DNA from: Candidatus Hydrogenedentota bacterium
GTDB taxonomy: Bacteria; Hydrogenedentota; Hydrogenedentia; Hydrogenedentales; SLHB01
NCBI GenBank assembly: GCA_045863335.1
Contig: BTVY01000007.1
Location: 64,001 to 128,000, forward strand
Direction: 5' to 3'
Length of the DNA stretch: 64,000 nucleotides
This document shows positions 8,098 through 17,546 of this stretch, one piece after another. A model generated the notes under the pieces. It saw only the letters and a list, made by a program, of their open reading frames with translations. It was not told the origin of the DNA and made no database searches. A program made the position numbers and the translations under genes. How positions within the stretch are numbered: position 1 is the stretch's first letter; each line of letters opens with the position of its first letter.

Positions 8098-10949
8098 CGG
8101 ACGCGGATGCGAATCGCGATCCCGGCGTGCGCGCCATTCGTGTAGTTGCAGCAATCGGCGCCGCCGCGACGATTCTGGTTCTGTGGCCCGGCACCCATTC
8201 CCCGCCGCAGGATCCGAAGTATTTCCTCATCGGCATCCTGCCCCTGTTCTTGGGAATCGCGTGGCTTGTCGATCGGCTGCGGCGAAAAAGCGGCGTCATC
8301 GCGACTGGTCTACCGTTTTACTTCCTCGCAGGTTTTCTGCTCCTTCAATTCCTCGCGGCGCTCTTCTCGGAGCGGATGCCTATCAGCCTCGCAGCGTTTG
8401 CGCCTTTTTTCGCCCTCGGTCTCATTGCGTTTCTCGTCGCGCAGGGAGTCCGAACGACGAACCACGCGTGGACGATCTTCTGTTGGATTGCTGTCGCGGT
8501 CGCGCTGTCCAGCGTGTACGGTCTGGCCCAGAGAGCTGGGTGGGACCCGTTTCCCTGGGCCGCGCGCGATATCGAGGAGTATCGCGGTCTCCCCTCGACC
8601 TACGGAAACCCCAACATCGCGACCCACTGCCTGAACCTTGGGATTCTGATTCTTGCGGGATTGTCGTTTCGCCGTGGCACACGGTGGTGCGCGGTGCTCC
8701 TGGTGCCCATCGCCTTGCACCTCTACTTCACTGAAGTGCGAGCCGCCCGCGTCGCAGTACCCGCCGGCGCGGGAATTGTGTTGCTGGCGTGGATGTATCG
8801 CCGCGTCGCGGGGTCACCACAAAAGACGCTCGCCTGGACCTGCGCGACCGCCCTACTCGCCGCGCTGGCCGTGGGGTCGGCCGCCATGATCTACACAAAG
8901 TGGTCCACCGGCACCTATCTGCCAACGGGGCATTCCTTGCTCCTCCGCTACAACGGATACTACGGCGCATCCCAAATGATCGCCGATCGCCCACTGCTTG
9001 GCTTTGGACCCGGAACCTACCGGATCGAAAACGTTCCCTATTGGACTCCCTACGAGGAAACGACGTTTGCCACCGACAGCAGGTATAACGCGCGCGTTCA
9101 CAACGCCTACCTCGAATCTGCCGTGGAATCCGGGTTTGGCGGCGCGTTCTTCTACATCGGGTTTGTTGTGTCGCTGACACTTCTGAGTCTCGGCACCGCA
9201 CTCACTGCAACCGATCGCGACAAGCGCATATTGGGCTTCACGCTCGCAGCCTGTTTCAATGCCTTCGCAGTCGACGGCTTGTTTGGGTTCAATCTCCGCA
9301 GCCCCGCGTCAGCAACGATCTTCTTTATCCTGGCCGGGGTACTGGTTGGGTCGACTTTCAGGAAAGGCTCAAGTAGCACTGGTCAGTCGTCGCGCATGGC
9401 CGCCGCGCCCTTGGCATGTACCGGAGTAGCCCTTGTGCTCGCCGTCGTCGCCGGCGCGGTATTCGCGTCGCAGATCCTGCGACAGAAAGCCACCGCTGCC
9501 TACACGCTGGGCTATCCGCAGCAGGCCCTCGTCTTCCTGGGTCAGGCTCAGCGGATTTCACCGTGGGACACCGACATCCTCCGGCAGACGGCCGAAGTGA
9601 ACGCAACCATGGGCAGAACTCGCGACGCGATCGACTTGTACCAGGAGGCCCTGCGACTGAATCCCTACTGGGTGATGGACCATGTGAGCCTTGCGAGACA
9701 ATACTTCCAACTATCGGAATCGGGGAACGCGTCCTTCCTGCGTCAGGCGACAGAATCCGCCGAACGGGCCTTGGCGTTGTGTGCAACCTTGCCCGGCGCC
9801 CACGAACTGTTGGGACGGATTGCCTTGGCCCAATCGCTCGACCGCGCGGGTGACGGCCGGGATATCGAGGGCGCGGACGTCCGAGAAGCAGTCGACCACT
9901 TCCAGAAAGCCCTTCAGTATGGGGTTTCGGACCGCGAGCAGGTGCATCGTATGACCGCCCAAGCCCACCTCATTCTCGGCCAGATCGACGAGGCGGAACG
10001 GGCATATCAACGTGCTGCCGAGCTGACCAGCGGTACGGACATGACCTGGGCGCTTTTCGAGCAGTTCGCCCACGAAACCGGGCGTTGGACGGCGTTTTCA
10101 GATGCGCTGAACAACGCGATGGACCGCATCGAACGCGTCAATCCGGGAAATTGCACGGAGTTGGCCCGCATAACGTGGTGGCTATCCCACGCGTATGCAG
10201 ACGGCATGAAGGACCGCGCGCTTGCATCCCAAGTACTGGAGTCGGGAGTTCGCTCCTGCCCGCACGCGATCGATCTGTGGGGCGCATACGTGGATCTCCA
10301 CGACGCGGCGCGCGATCGGGTTCGCCTGAAGGCGGCAATGAACCGCTTGGATCAAGTGAAAGAAACGAACAGCAACACACCCAAATTGGTTTCGGATCTC
10401 ATCGCCTATCTCAACGCTCCCGATTGGAATGTCATGCAGCAGGTTGTTGATTTCCTCGATGATTTTCCGGTAGCCCTCCAAGCAAGTCCGACTGAAGACC
10501 CCGCGCGTGCCTACGGTTGGTTGTTCAGTGTGTATGGGTCCGATCTGGCTACCTCGAGCGGCCCGCCCGGAGAGCGCGGCGAATTGCTCGTGCAGTTGGG
10601 CCAGGCCGCGGCGGAGTTGGGCGCGTGGGTTCAGGCCAACGAGATCCTGGCATCGGCCCTCCCGCTGTTACCCAAAGGGCCGGATGTGGAATGCCTGTTG
10701 CTGCGCGTTGCGGTGCTCGAATCCATGGGCCGGTTCGATGAGGCCCAGAAGATCGCCGCCGACGCTGCGAATCGCGCGCGCAACGACTACCGGACCCAAC
10801 ACGCCTTGGCCCGGCAATCCGCGCTGAGCGGCCGCGCGGCCGAGGCGCGTTTGTCCTATCGATTACTCCTGACGCGTTTCGCGTTGGACCCTCCGACGCG
10901 GAATACAATCGAGCAGGAGATGAAGGCGCTTCTGGGAGACGGTCAATGA
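8094..10949 (+). CDS. O-antigen ligase/O-oligosaccharyltransferase (Wzy_C) family membrane protein with long TPR C-terminus
   Basis: About 12 TM helices, STYGNPN, LR...MIADRPLLGFGPG, VHNAYLE; roughly 480 aa of TPR-like helices follow. Confidence 0.85.
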   Translation: MTDADANRDPGVRAIRVVAAIGAAATILVLWPGTHSPPQDPKYFLIGILPLFLGIAWLVDRLRRKSGVIATGLPFYFLAGFLLLQFLAALFSERMPISLAAFAPFFALGLIAFLVAQGVRTTNHAWTIFCWIAVAVALSSVYGLAQRAGWDPFPWAARDIEEYRGLPSTYGNPNIATHCLNLGILILAGLSFRRGTRWCAVLLVPIALHLYFTEVRAARVAVPAGAGIVLLAWMYRRVAGSPQKTLAWTCATALLAALAVGSAAMIYTKWSTGTYLPTGHSLLLRYNGYYGASQMIADRPLLGFGPGTYRIENVPYWTPYEETTFATDSRYNARVHNAYLESAVESGFGGAFFYIGFVVSLTLLSLGTALTATDRDKRILGFTLAACFNAFAVDGLFGFNLRSPASATIFFILAGVLVGSTFRKGSSSTGQSSRMAAAPLACTGVALVLAVVAGAVFASQILRQKATAAYTLGYPQQALVFLGQAQRISPWDTDILRQTAEVNATMGRTRDAIDLYQEALRLNPYWVMDHVSLARQYFQLSESGNASFLRQATESAERALALCATLPGAHELLGRIALAQSLDRAGDGRDIEGADVREAVDHFQKALQYGVSDREQVHRMTAQAHLILGQIDEAERAYQRAAELTSGTDMTWALFEQFAHETGRWTAFSDALNNAMDRIERVNPGNCTELARITWWLSHAYADGMKDRALASQVLESGVRSCPHAIDLWGAYVDLHDAARDRVRLKAAMNRLDQVKETNSNTPKLVSDLIAYLNAPDWNVMQQVVDFLDDFPVALQASPTEDPARAYGWLFSVYGSDLATSSGPPGERGELLVQLGQAAAELGAWVQANEILASALPLLPKGPDVECLLLRVAVLESMGRFDEAQKIAADAANRARNDYRTQHALARQSALSGRAAEARLSYRLLLTRFALDPPTRNTIEQEMKALLGDGQ

Positions 10950-11707
10950 GCGCATCGCCGGCAGAAACGCAGGTGACTGATGTGGATACGAAGCCGCCCT
11001 ATACACTGTTCGTGGTGGCCATCGCGGCCGCGTGCGCAGCCTTCACCGCCTTCGTATACGTGTACCCTCGCCTGGCGGGTCCAACTATCGCGCGGATGGA
11101 CCGCGCACTCGGATTGGAACAGTTCGAAAACGGGCAGCGTTTGCAGGCCGCGGGCGAGTACGCCAACGCCATACAAAGTTACCAGTTGGCGCTGGAAGGG
11201 CACTTCGAGGATCCCAAGTATCGCACCTTCACGTTGAAGGCGTTGGGGACGCTGCTCTGGTGGCGGGAAAGCGCCGAGGCGGCGCTACCGTATCTCGAAG
11301 AGGCCTACCAGAGTCCTCATGCCCCGCTCACGCTGTTCGATCCCTTGTGCGATTCGCTCCTACAGACCGGGCGAATTGAAGACATCCCTCCGGTTTGCGA
11401 GCGATGGTATCACGAGGCCGGACTCGAGAACGACGCGGAACAGCAGGCCCGTGCCGTGTACTACCTGGGAAAGGTCCAGCAAGAGCAGGGCGACGAGACC
11501 GGCGCTATGGCGCGGTTCTACCAGGGCGTCCTGCTACACCCCGGCGGGGACAATGCGTACGAATTGGGCCTCGCCTACTACAACGCGGGCGATAACAACC
11601 AGGCGCTAGTCTACCTGGAGCAATACCTGGAAAGCGGCTCCGGTGGCCGGGCGCAATACGCGCGTGAAGTTCGAGACCGAATTCTCGCCAAGCGCAGCGC
11701 CGAGTAA
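10946..11707 (+). CDS. Membrane-anchored TPR protein
   Basis: Single N-terminal TM, TPR patterns (YYLGKVQQEQG, YELGLAYYNAG); ATGA overlap. Confidence 0.82.
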   Translation: MSASPAETQVTDVDTKPPYTLFVVAIAAACAAFTAFVYVYPRLAGPTIARMDRALGLEQFENGQRLQAAGEYANAIQSYQLALEGHFEDPKYRTFTLKALGTLLWWRESAEAALPYLEEAYQSPHAPLTLFDPLCDSLLQTGRIEDIPPVCERWYHEAGLENDAEQQARAVYYLGKVQQEQGDETGAMARFYQGVLLHPGGDNAYELGLAYYNAGDNNQALVYLEQYLESGSGGRAQYAREVRDRILAKRSAE

Positions 11708-11734
11708 GGTTCAGCCCGCAGGCGTCCACCTCTT

Positions 11735-12994
11735 CTACGTCCGGCCGGATCCCAACACGCGCACGATGAACCCAGCCTCGCGCCAGTCTTCATGATCGAG
11801 GAGATTTCGCGTGTCGAACAGGACCGGCTTCCGCATCAGACGGATCACTTGCCGGGGATTCAGATACTTGTAGTCGTTGTGATCGGTCAACAACAGCAGG
11901 CAATCGGCCCCGTCGAAACACGTCTCCAAGGGCAGGAGATCGATGTCCGCATTCTTCACGAAAGGATCGTGGACCGCGAGCGTGACGCCCCGATCTCCAA
12001 GCAGTTTAATCACGTCGAGCGACGGACTCTCCCGCATATCATCGACATTGCCTTTGAACGCAAGCCCAAGCACCGCCACCTTCGGCGATTCCACGCCTTC
12101 CAGAAATTCCATGGTCCGTTCGACGACATGGTGCGGCATGCCGTCGTTACGCTGCCGGGCGAGATGTACGATCTTGGCCGTATCGGGAAACTGCTCCACA
12201 AGAAACCAGGGGTCAACGGAGATGCAATGACCGCCGACGCCGGGGCCCGCCGTGTGGACGTTGACACGAGGATGCCGGTTCGCCAGCCGCGCCACGTCAC
12301 CGAAATCGATCCCCAGGGACTCACACAACAGCGCCACTTCGTTGGCAAGCGCGATATTGACATCGCGAAACGTGTTCTCGATGACCTTGACCATCTCCGC
12401 GGTGGTCACGTCCGTCAGGAAGATCTCGCCTTCAACAAAACTCGCATAGATGTCCCTCGCCAACTGGGCGGACAACGTATCGAATCCGCCGACGACGCGG
12501 TCGTTTTCGATCAATTCCTTGAGAATCTTGCCGGGCAACACGCGTTCCGGGCAGTGGGCGAGATAGATGTCCTTTCCCACTTCCAGGCCCGACTTCTCCA
12601 GGATAGGCTTGAGCATGTCGCGGCAGGTGCCGGGCGGCGACGTAGACTCGAGAATGACGAGGTTGCCCTTCTCCAGAAACGGCACGATACGCTCCGTGGC
12701 TTGGCAGACGTAGCTCATGTCCGCCTTCTTGTCGGCCGTGAGCGGCGTCGGTACCGCGAGGAAGAATACATCCGCCTTCTCGGGCTCGAGCGATGCGCGG
12801 AGGTTTCCCGAACCGATTGCCGCGCGCACGACCGTATGCAGTCCCGGTTCTTCGATATGAATGTTCCCCGCGTTCACGGTCTCCACGATGCGGGCGCCCA
12901 CGTCGACCCCCAACACCTGATACCCGTTCGTCGCCAGCACGCTTGCCGTCGGAAGGCCGATATACCCCAGTCCCATCACGCAGATACGTTTCAT
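11735..12994 (-). CDS. wecC: UDP-N-acetyl-D-mannosamine dehydrogenase
   Basis: GLGYIGLPTA, AVPTP, LESTSPPGT, HCPERVLPG, ENTFRDVNIALANE, PGVGGHCISVDPWF, FKGNVDDMRESP. Confidence 0.92.
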   Translation of the reverse strand: MKRICVMGLGYIGLPTASVLATNGYQVLGVDVGARIVETVNAGNIHIEEPGLHTVVRAAIGSGNLRASLEPEKADVFFLAVPTPLTADKKADMSYVCQATERIVPFLEKGNLVILESTSPPGTCRDMLKPILEKSGLEVGKDIYLAHCPERVLPGKILKELIENDRVVGGFDTLSAQLARDIYASFVEGEIFLTDVTTAEMVKVIENTFRDVNIALANEVALLCESLGIDFGDVARLANRHPRVNVHTAGPGVGGHCISVDPWFLVEQFPDTAKIVHLARQRNDGMPHHVVERTMEFLEGVESPKVAVLGLAFKGNVDDMRESPSLDVIKLLGDRGVTLAVHDPFVKNADIDLLPLETCFDGADCLLLLTDHNDYKYLNPRQVIRLMRKPVLFDTRNLLDHEDWREAGFIVRVLGSGRT

Positions 12995-12998
12995 TGCG

Positions 12999-14105
12999 TC
13001 ATACTCCTACCGATTCCAGATGCCCCGCGATTCGTCGGCTGGCAAGGCCGTCGCCATAGGGATTCACCGCGTTCGCCATTCGCCGGTACGCGGGCGCGTC
13101 GTCCAATAGCCGTTGTACATTCTCTACGATCCCATGGTACGTATTGCCGACCAGCATCGCGGTACCGGCATCGACCGCTTCGGGACGTTCCGTCACTTCG
13201 CGCATGACAAGCACGGGTTTGCCAAGGGACGGAGCCTCCTCCTGTACTCCGCCCGAATCCGTGAGAACGAGATACGCCTTCTTGAGGATATGGACAAAGG
13301 GCAGGTAATCGAGGGGCTCGATGAGGTGAATGCGTTCTTCGCCCTTCAATATCTCGTCTACCGCCCGCCGCACGTTTGGATTCGGATGTACTGGATACAG
13401 GATCTCCACATCGTCGTTGGCATGCACCAGGTCGCGCATGGCCCGGCACATCTGGTCGAACCGCTCGCCGAAACTCTCTCTCCGGTGCGCCGTCACCAGG
13501 ATCAATCGCCGCTGCGTGCCCACGTCGGAAAGCAGGGGGTCGTCGAATGTGTACGGCCGCGCCGCCACATCGAGCAATGCGTCGATCACCGTGTTGCCCG
13601 TAACGACGATGTGCTTCTCCGGGATGCGTTCGCCGCGCAGGTGCGCCGCGGCCGTCTCGGTGGGCGCGTAGTGGTAGTCGGAAAGCGCATCACCCAGCCG
13701 CCGGTTGATCTCCTCCGGAAAGGGGCGGTACTTGTCGTAGGTACGCAGCCCCGCTTCCACGTGGCCAACACGAACGTTGTGGTAGTAGCTCGCGAGCGCC
13801 GTTGCGAAGGTCGTTGTCGTGTCGCCATGCACGAGGACGACATCCGGTTTGTCCGCCTCCAGAACCCGGCCCATCTCCAGAAGAACGCGGCTCGTGATGT
13901 CCGAGATCGTCTGGTTGGGCTGCATCAAATTGAGATCGCGATCCACGTGAATCTGGAACACGTCGATCACCTGATCGAGTAACTCGCGGTGCTGCGCGGT
14001 CAAACATACCCGCACGTCGAAACCAGAACGGCTCCGCAATTCGTTCACGACCGGCGCCATCTTGATGGCCTCCGGCCGCGTCCCCATGACGACCAAAACC
14101 TTCAT
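12999..14105 (-). CDS. wecB: UDP-N-acetylglucosamine 2-epimerase (non-hydrolysing)
   Basis: GTRPEAIKMAP, VHGDTTT, HVEAGLRT, PFPEE.NR, TDSGGVQEEAPSLGKP, NPYGDG; start set at MKVLVV (14105). Confidence 0.95.
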   Translation of the reverse strand: MKVLVVMGTRPEAIKMAPVVNELRSRSGFDVRVCLTAQHRELLDQVIDVFQIHVDRDLNLMQPNQTISDITSRVLLEMGRVLEADKPDVVLVHGDTTTTFATALASYYHNVRVGHVEAGLRTYDKYRPFPEEINRRLGDALSDYHYAPTETAAAHLRGERIPEKHIVVTGNTVIDALLDVAARPYTFDDPLLSDVGTQRRLILVTAHRRESFGERFDQMCRAMRDLVHANDDVEILYPVHPNPNVRRAVDEILKGEERIHLIEPLDYLPFVHILKKAYLVLTDSGGVQEEAPSLGKPVLVMREVTERPEAVDAGTAMLVGNTYHGIVENVQRLLDDAPAYRRMANAVNPYGDGLASRRIAGHLESVGV

Positions 14106-14311
14106 GAACCTCTCCGAACCCCAAGTTCTGCGATTACCCCGAAACGCGCGTCCAACGGCGCTGTTTGCGGAGGAACCGTGAGTATACTGAACAAAGGCCG
14201 CCGATGTGTACTCCTTCCAGCGCTGAGCTGAACAAAACCCGACAAGCCGCCCCATAGTATCCAGAGGGAGGCACGGGCAGAAGCGTTTATAGTCTCAGTA
14301 CTTGACGCAGG

Positions 14312-14349
14312 TTGACAAACATGAATTGCAAATGTTAAGCTAGCTAAAC
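14312..14349 (+). promoter_or_regulatory. Sigma70-type promoter with overlapping 16-bp palindromic operator
   Basis: TTGACA at 14312-14317, extended -10 TGtTAAGCT at 14333-14341, palindrome GTTAAGCTAGCTAAAC at 14334-14349. Confidence 0.6.
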
Positions 14350-14400
14350 TATAGGTTCTTTTGCAGATAATTAGTTTTAGTTACACATAGGATGTTCGTC

Positions 14401-15330
14401 ATGAGAAAAGGTTTCACGTTAATCGAGTTGCTGGTCGTCATCGCCATAATCGGCATTCTCGCCGCAATCCTTCTACCTGCACTGTCTCGCGCCCGGGAAG
14501 CGGCCCGGCGCGCTTCGTGCCAAAACAACCTCAAGCAAATCGGCCTGGTCCTGAAGATGTACGCCGGGGAGAGCGGGGGCGATTATCCCCGAATCGACCT
14601 GGACGACGAGTTTGGAGCGTCTGCCGTCCTTCCAGGCGAGGGTTGCGAAGGGGGCGACGACGGGTTGAACTTCATGTTCGAGTTTGCCGCAGTGTACCCA
14701 GAGTACCTAGCCGATACGAACGTGCTGGTCTGCCCTTCGGACCCCATGGCGGGTAGCGGCGCAGCCCTGGAGATCGTGCGCGACGCGGGCGGTCATATCT
14801 GCCCGTGGGTCAATTACGCCAGCACGCCGCATCAGAGCTATTTGTACCACGGATTCCTCATGGACCAAGTGGAAGCGGACGATCCAATGGCCACCATGCC
14901 GACGCCCATGGGCCCTGCCACCGGGCCAGGACAACTCTTCTTTATCGCGACGAATCTGTTGGCGTACCGCGACTACGACCCAACCAACGACGGGGAAATC
15001 GACCGGGACATCTCAGCGCCGCCGATGATGGCCGGCCTGGGGTTTGGCAATGGCGGCAGCGACACGATCTACCGGTTGCGCGAAGGCATCGAGCGGTTTC
15101 TCATCACGGACATCAACAATCCCGCCGGATCCAACCGGGCTCAATCGGAGATCGTAACGGTGTGGGACGTGGTCAGCGCCGATCCATCCGGGGGCGCGGA
15201 GTTCAACCACATTCCCGGCGGTGCCAATACGCTATTCCTGGACGGGCATGTGGAGTTCGTGCGGTATCCCGGTGCGTTTCCGTCCCACGCGTCCGCCGCG
15301 CGCATCGTGGCAATGATGTACACACAATAA
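14401..15330 (+). CDS. DUF1559 prepilin-type N-terminal cleavage/methylation and H-X9-DG domain protein
   Basis: RKG^[22 protein letters not shown]...[25 protein letters not shown]; ATG 14392 is an alternative start. Confidence 0.92.
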   Translation: MRKGFTLIELLVVIAIIGILAAILLPALSRAREAARRASCQNNLKQIGLVLKMYAGESGGDYPRIDLDDEFGASAVLPGEGCEGGDDGLNFMFEFAAVYPEYLADTNVLVCPSDPMAGSGAALEIVRDAGGHICPWVNYASTPHQSYLYHGFLMDQVEADDPMATMPTPMGPATGPGQLFFIATNLLAYRDYDPTNDGEIDRDISAPPMMAGLGFGNGGSDTIYRLREGIERFLITDINNPAGSNRAQSEIVTVWDVVSADPSGGAEFNHIPGGANTLFLDGHVEFVRYPGAFPSHASAARIVAMMYTQ

Positions 15331-15341
15331 GGAGATCCCCA

Positions 15342-16163
15342 ATGAATACGGACTACGCGGCTACCATCCCCCTTCCCGGGGAGCATCTGTCCACGGAGAA
15401 AATGCCCGGACACTGGTTGCTGGCGCGACTTGGCAAGCGGGTGCTGCGTCCGGGCGGCATCGAGCTGACGCGCCGGATGCTGTCGGCGCTCGAAATCGGA
15501 CCGGCGGATGACGTGGTCGAGTTTGCGCCGGGCCTCGGCGTTACCGCGCAAATGACGTTGCAGCGCAAACCGGCCACATATACAGGCATTGAACGCGACG
15601 AGAACGCCGTCGAGCGAATCCGGCGGTTTCTTGCGGGGCCTTCGCAGCGGTGCGAGATGGCGCGCGCCGAGGCGAGCGGGCTGGAAGCGGGCACCGCATC
15701 GGTGGTGTATGGGGAAGCCATGCTTTCCATGCAGACGGCAGCAGGCAAGGCCCGAATCGTGAAGGAGGCGCATCGCGTGTTGCGGCATGGCGGACGGTAC
15801 GGCATCCATGAGCTGTGTCTGAGGCCGGACTCGTTGGACGAGGGGATCAAGTCGGCCATCGAGCGGGACTTGTCCGAGGCGATTCGCGTCGGAGCGCGGC
15901 CCCTGACGTCCACGGAGTGGCAGTCCTTGCTGGAGGACGAAGGGTTTCGCGTCATCTCCGAGAAGGCCGCGCCCATGCATCTCCTGGAGTTGCCACGAAT
16001 CATCGCGGATGAGGGCATATTCGGCGCAGGGTTTATTGCGTGGAACGTACTTCGGGACCGCGCCGCGCGCAAACGCGTGCTAGGAATGCGCCGCGCCTTC
16101 AAGAAGTACGAGCGGTATCTCTCCGCGATCATGTTGATCGGTGAGAAGACGGACAATCGCTAA
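15342..16163 (+). CDS. Class I SAM-dependent methyltransferase
   Basis: PGHWLLARLGKRVLRPGG, motif I VVEFAPGLG, VYGEAML, RVLRHGG; GGAG RBS before ATG 15342. Confidence 0.88.
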   Translation: MNTDYAATIPLPGEHLSTEKMPGHWLLARLGKRVLRPGGIELTRRMLSALEIGPADDVVEFAPGLGVTAQMTLQRKPATYTGIERDENAVERIRRFLAGPSQRCEMARAEASGLEAGTASVVYGEAMLSMQTAAGKARIVKEAHRVLRHGGRYGIHELCLRPDSLDEGIKSAIERDLSEAIRVGARPLTSTEWQSLLEDEGFRVISEKAAPMHLLELPRIIADEGIFGAGFIAWNVLRDRAARKRVLGMRRAFKKYERYLSAIMLIGEKTDNR

Positions 16164-16204
16164 CTCTTTCACCGTCTGAATACGGACATCGTCGCCGATG
16201 GTCT

Positions 16205-16234
16205 CGTGGTTTGGGCAAGAATGCCCAAACCACG
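16205..16234. terminator. Perfect 13-bp hairpin (terminator or REP-like)
   Basis: CGTGGTTTGGGCA-AGAA-TGCCCAAACCACG about 40 nt after the stop; no U-tract. Confidence 0.5.
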
Positions 16235-16688
16235 GGCACGTCGCATTACTTCACAATTCACTTGAGAAAATGCTTTCGCATACTTGGAGAAGCTTTGCAC
16301 GACACCTCGGCTAATCGATTAACCCACTAGCGAGCCCGAGCGTCTACTCGCGAACAATTCTCACGGCTCCCCGCGACACCGACTACGGACAAACTCCATC
16401 TGAGGTGGGAGAAACGGGGGCAACGAGTCCCCCTTGCGTTCTTTGCGTTCTTTCGTGGCCAACTTATTTCTTCTATTCGCAGTGGATACAAAACGACAGA
16501 GTCCTTTCAGAAAACGGCCGTTCGCTTTCTGCCTACGCCACGCCTTGGTATCGCGTTTTCTATAACCCACCCTTTTCCTTTATGATTGCGCCCTGCGCGG
16601 TGGTTGCCTTGTGGAACGAATCCACGGAAAACGCGCGGCCACTCCATGACCAGGAACGGCGGCGCAATTGCACAAGAAAGCGGAAGGA

Positions 16689-17546
16689 ATGACGGTTAGT
16701 CTGGAACGAACGTTTCGCGTGCGCCACTACGAATGTGACGCCTACGAAAACGTCTACTATACAAACTACCTCCGCTACATCCAGGAAGCGGCCATGGACG
16801 CCTCGGCCTCACTGGGCTTCGACGCGGCATGGTACGCCGGTCAAGGGACCACGTGGATGGTCCGGGACACGGAGATCGAGTACCTGCGCCCGCTCCGGTA
16901 TGGCGATTCCGTCCATATCAAGACCTGGGTGGAGAATTTCCGCAAGGCCGTTTCCCGGCGCGCCTATCAACTGACCTTTCCGGACAGCGGGGAACTCGTT
17001 GCCCGCGCGGGCACGGAATGGGTGTACCTCGATGCGGCTCGGGGACGGCTTACGCGCATTCCCGACGAGTTCAAGACCCGTTTCTTTCCCGAAGGCCAGT
17101 CCGACGATCTGCCACCCCGCGAACGTTTTCCCGAGACGCTACGGCCCTCCGTGGGTGTCTTTACCCAGCGGCGGCGCGTGGAATGGCGCGACATCGATCC
17201 GGCCCAGCACGTGAACAATTCCGTGTACCTGGCCTACGCCGAGGATTCCGCGGTGGAGGCGGCCATGGCGGTCGGCTGGCCGCCTTCGCGAATGCGCGAC
17301 GCCGGGTTCGCCGTGCGGGTCACGCGGCACCGGATCGAATACAAGATTTCCGCCTTGCTGGGCGACGACCTCGAAATTGCCACCTGGATGGAAGCGAGGG
17401 ACGATGCCGCGATACGGTACTTCGAAATGACCCGCATTCAGGATGGCGCGGTCCTGGCGCGGGCGCTCGCCGAGGTGGAATGGTATGACGTCGCCACCGG
17501 CGCGCGAACCGCCATTCCCGAAGAATTCAGGAGTACGATGCGGTGA
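16689..17546 (+). CDS. Acyl-CoA/acyl-ACP thioesterase with tandem hot-dog domains
   Basis: Two 4HBT-like repeats: VRHYECDAYENVYYTNY and VEWRDIDPAQHVNNSVY; GGAAGG RBS. Confidence 0.88.
   Translation: MTVSLERTFRVRHYECDAYENVYYTNYLRYIQEAAMDASASLGFDAAWYAGQGTTWMVRDTEIEYLRPLRYGDSVHIKTWVENFRKAVSRRAYQLTFPDSGELVARAGTEWVYLDAARGRLTRIPDEFKTRFFPEGQSDDLPPRERFPETLRPSVGVFTQRRRVEWRDIDPAQHVNNSVYLAYAEDSAVEAAMAVGWPPSRMRDAGFAVRVTRHRIEYKISALLGDDLEIATWMEARDDAAIRYFEMTRIQDGAVLARALAEVEWYDVATGARTAIPEEFRSTMR

Noticed and set aside
11792-13207. 471-aa plus-strand ORF and similar long antisense ORFs (5228-6853, 27572-28912, 52449-54089, 58060-59283)
   Set aside because: These are shadow frames of well-supported genes on the opposite strand, with no motifs of their own.
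14401-15330. Diversity-generating retroelement acting on DUF1559 genes
   Set aside because: No reverse transcriptase or near-identical template/variable repeat pair; paralogue differences are general and synonymous, not adenine-specific.
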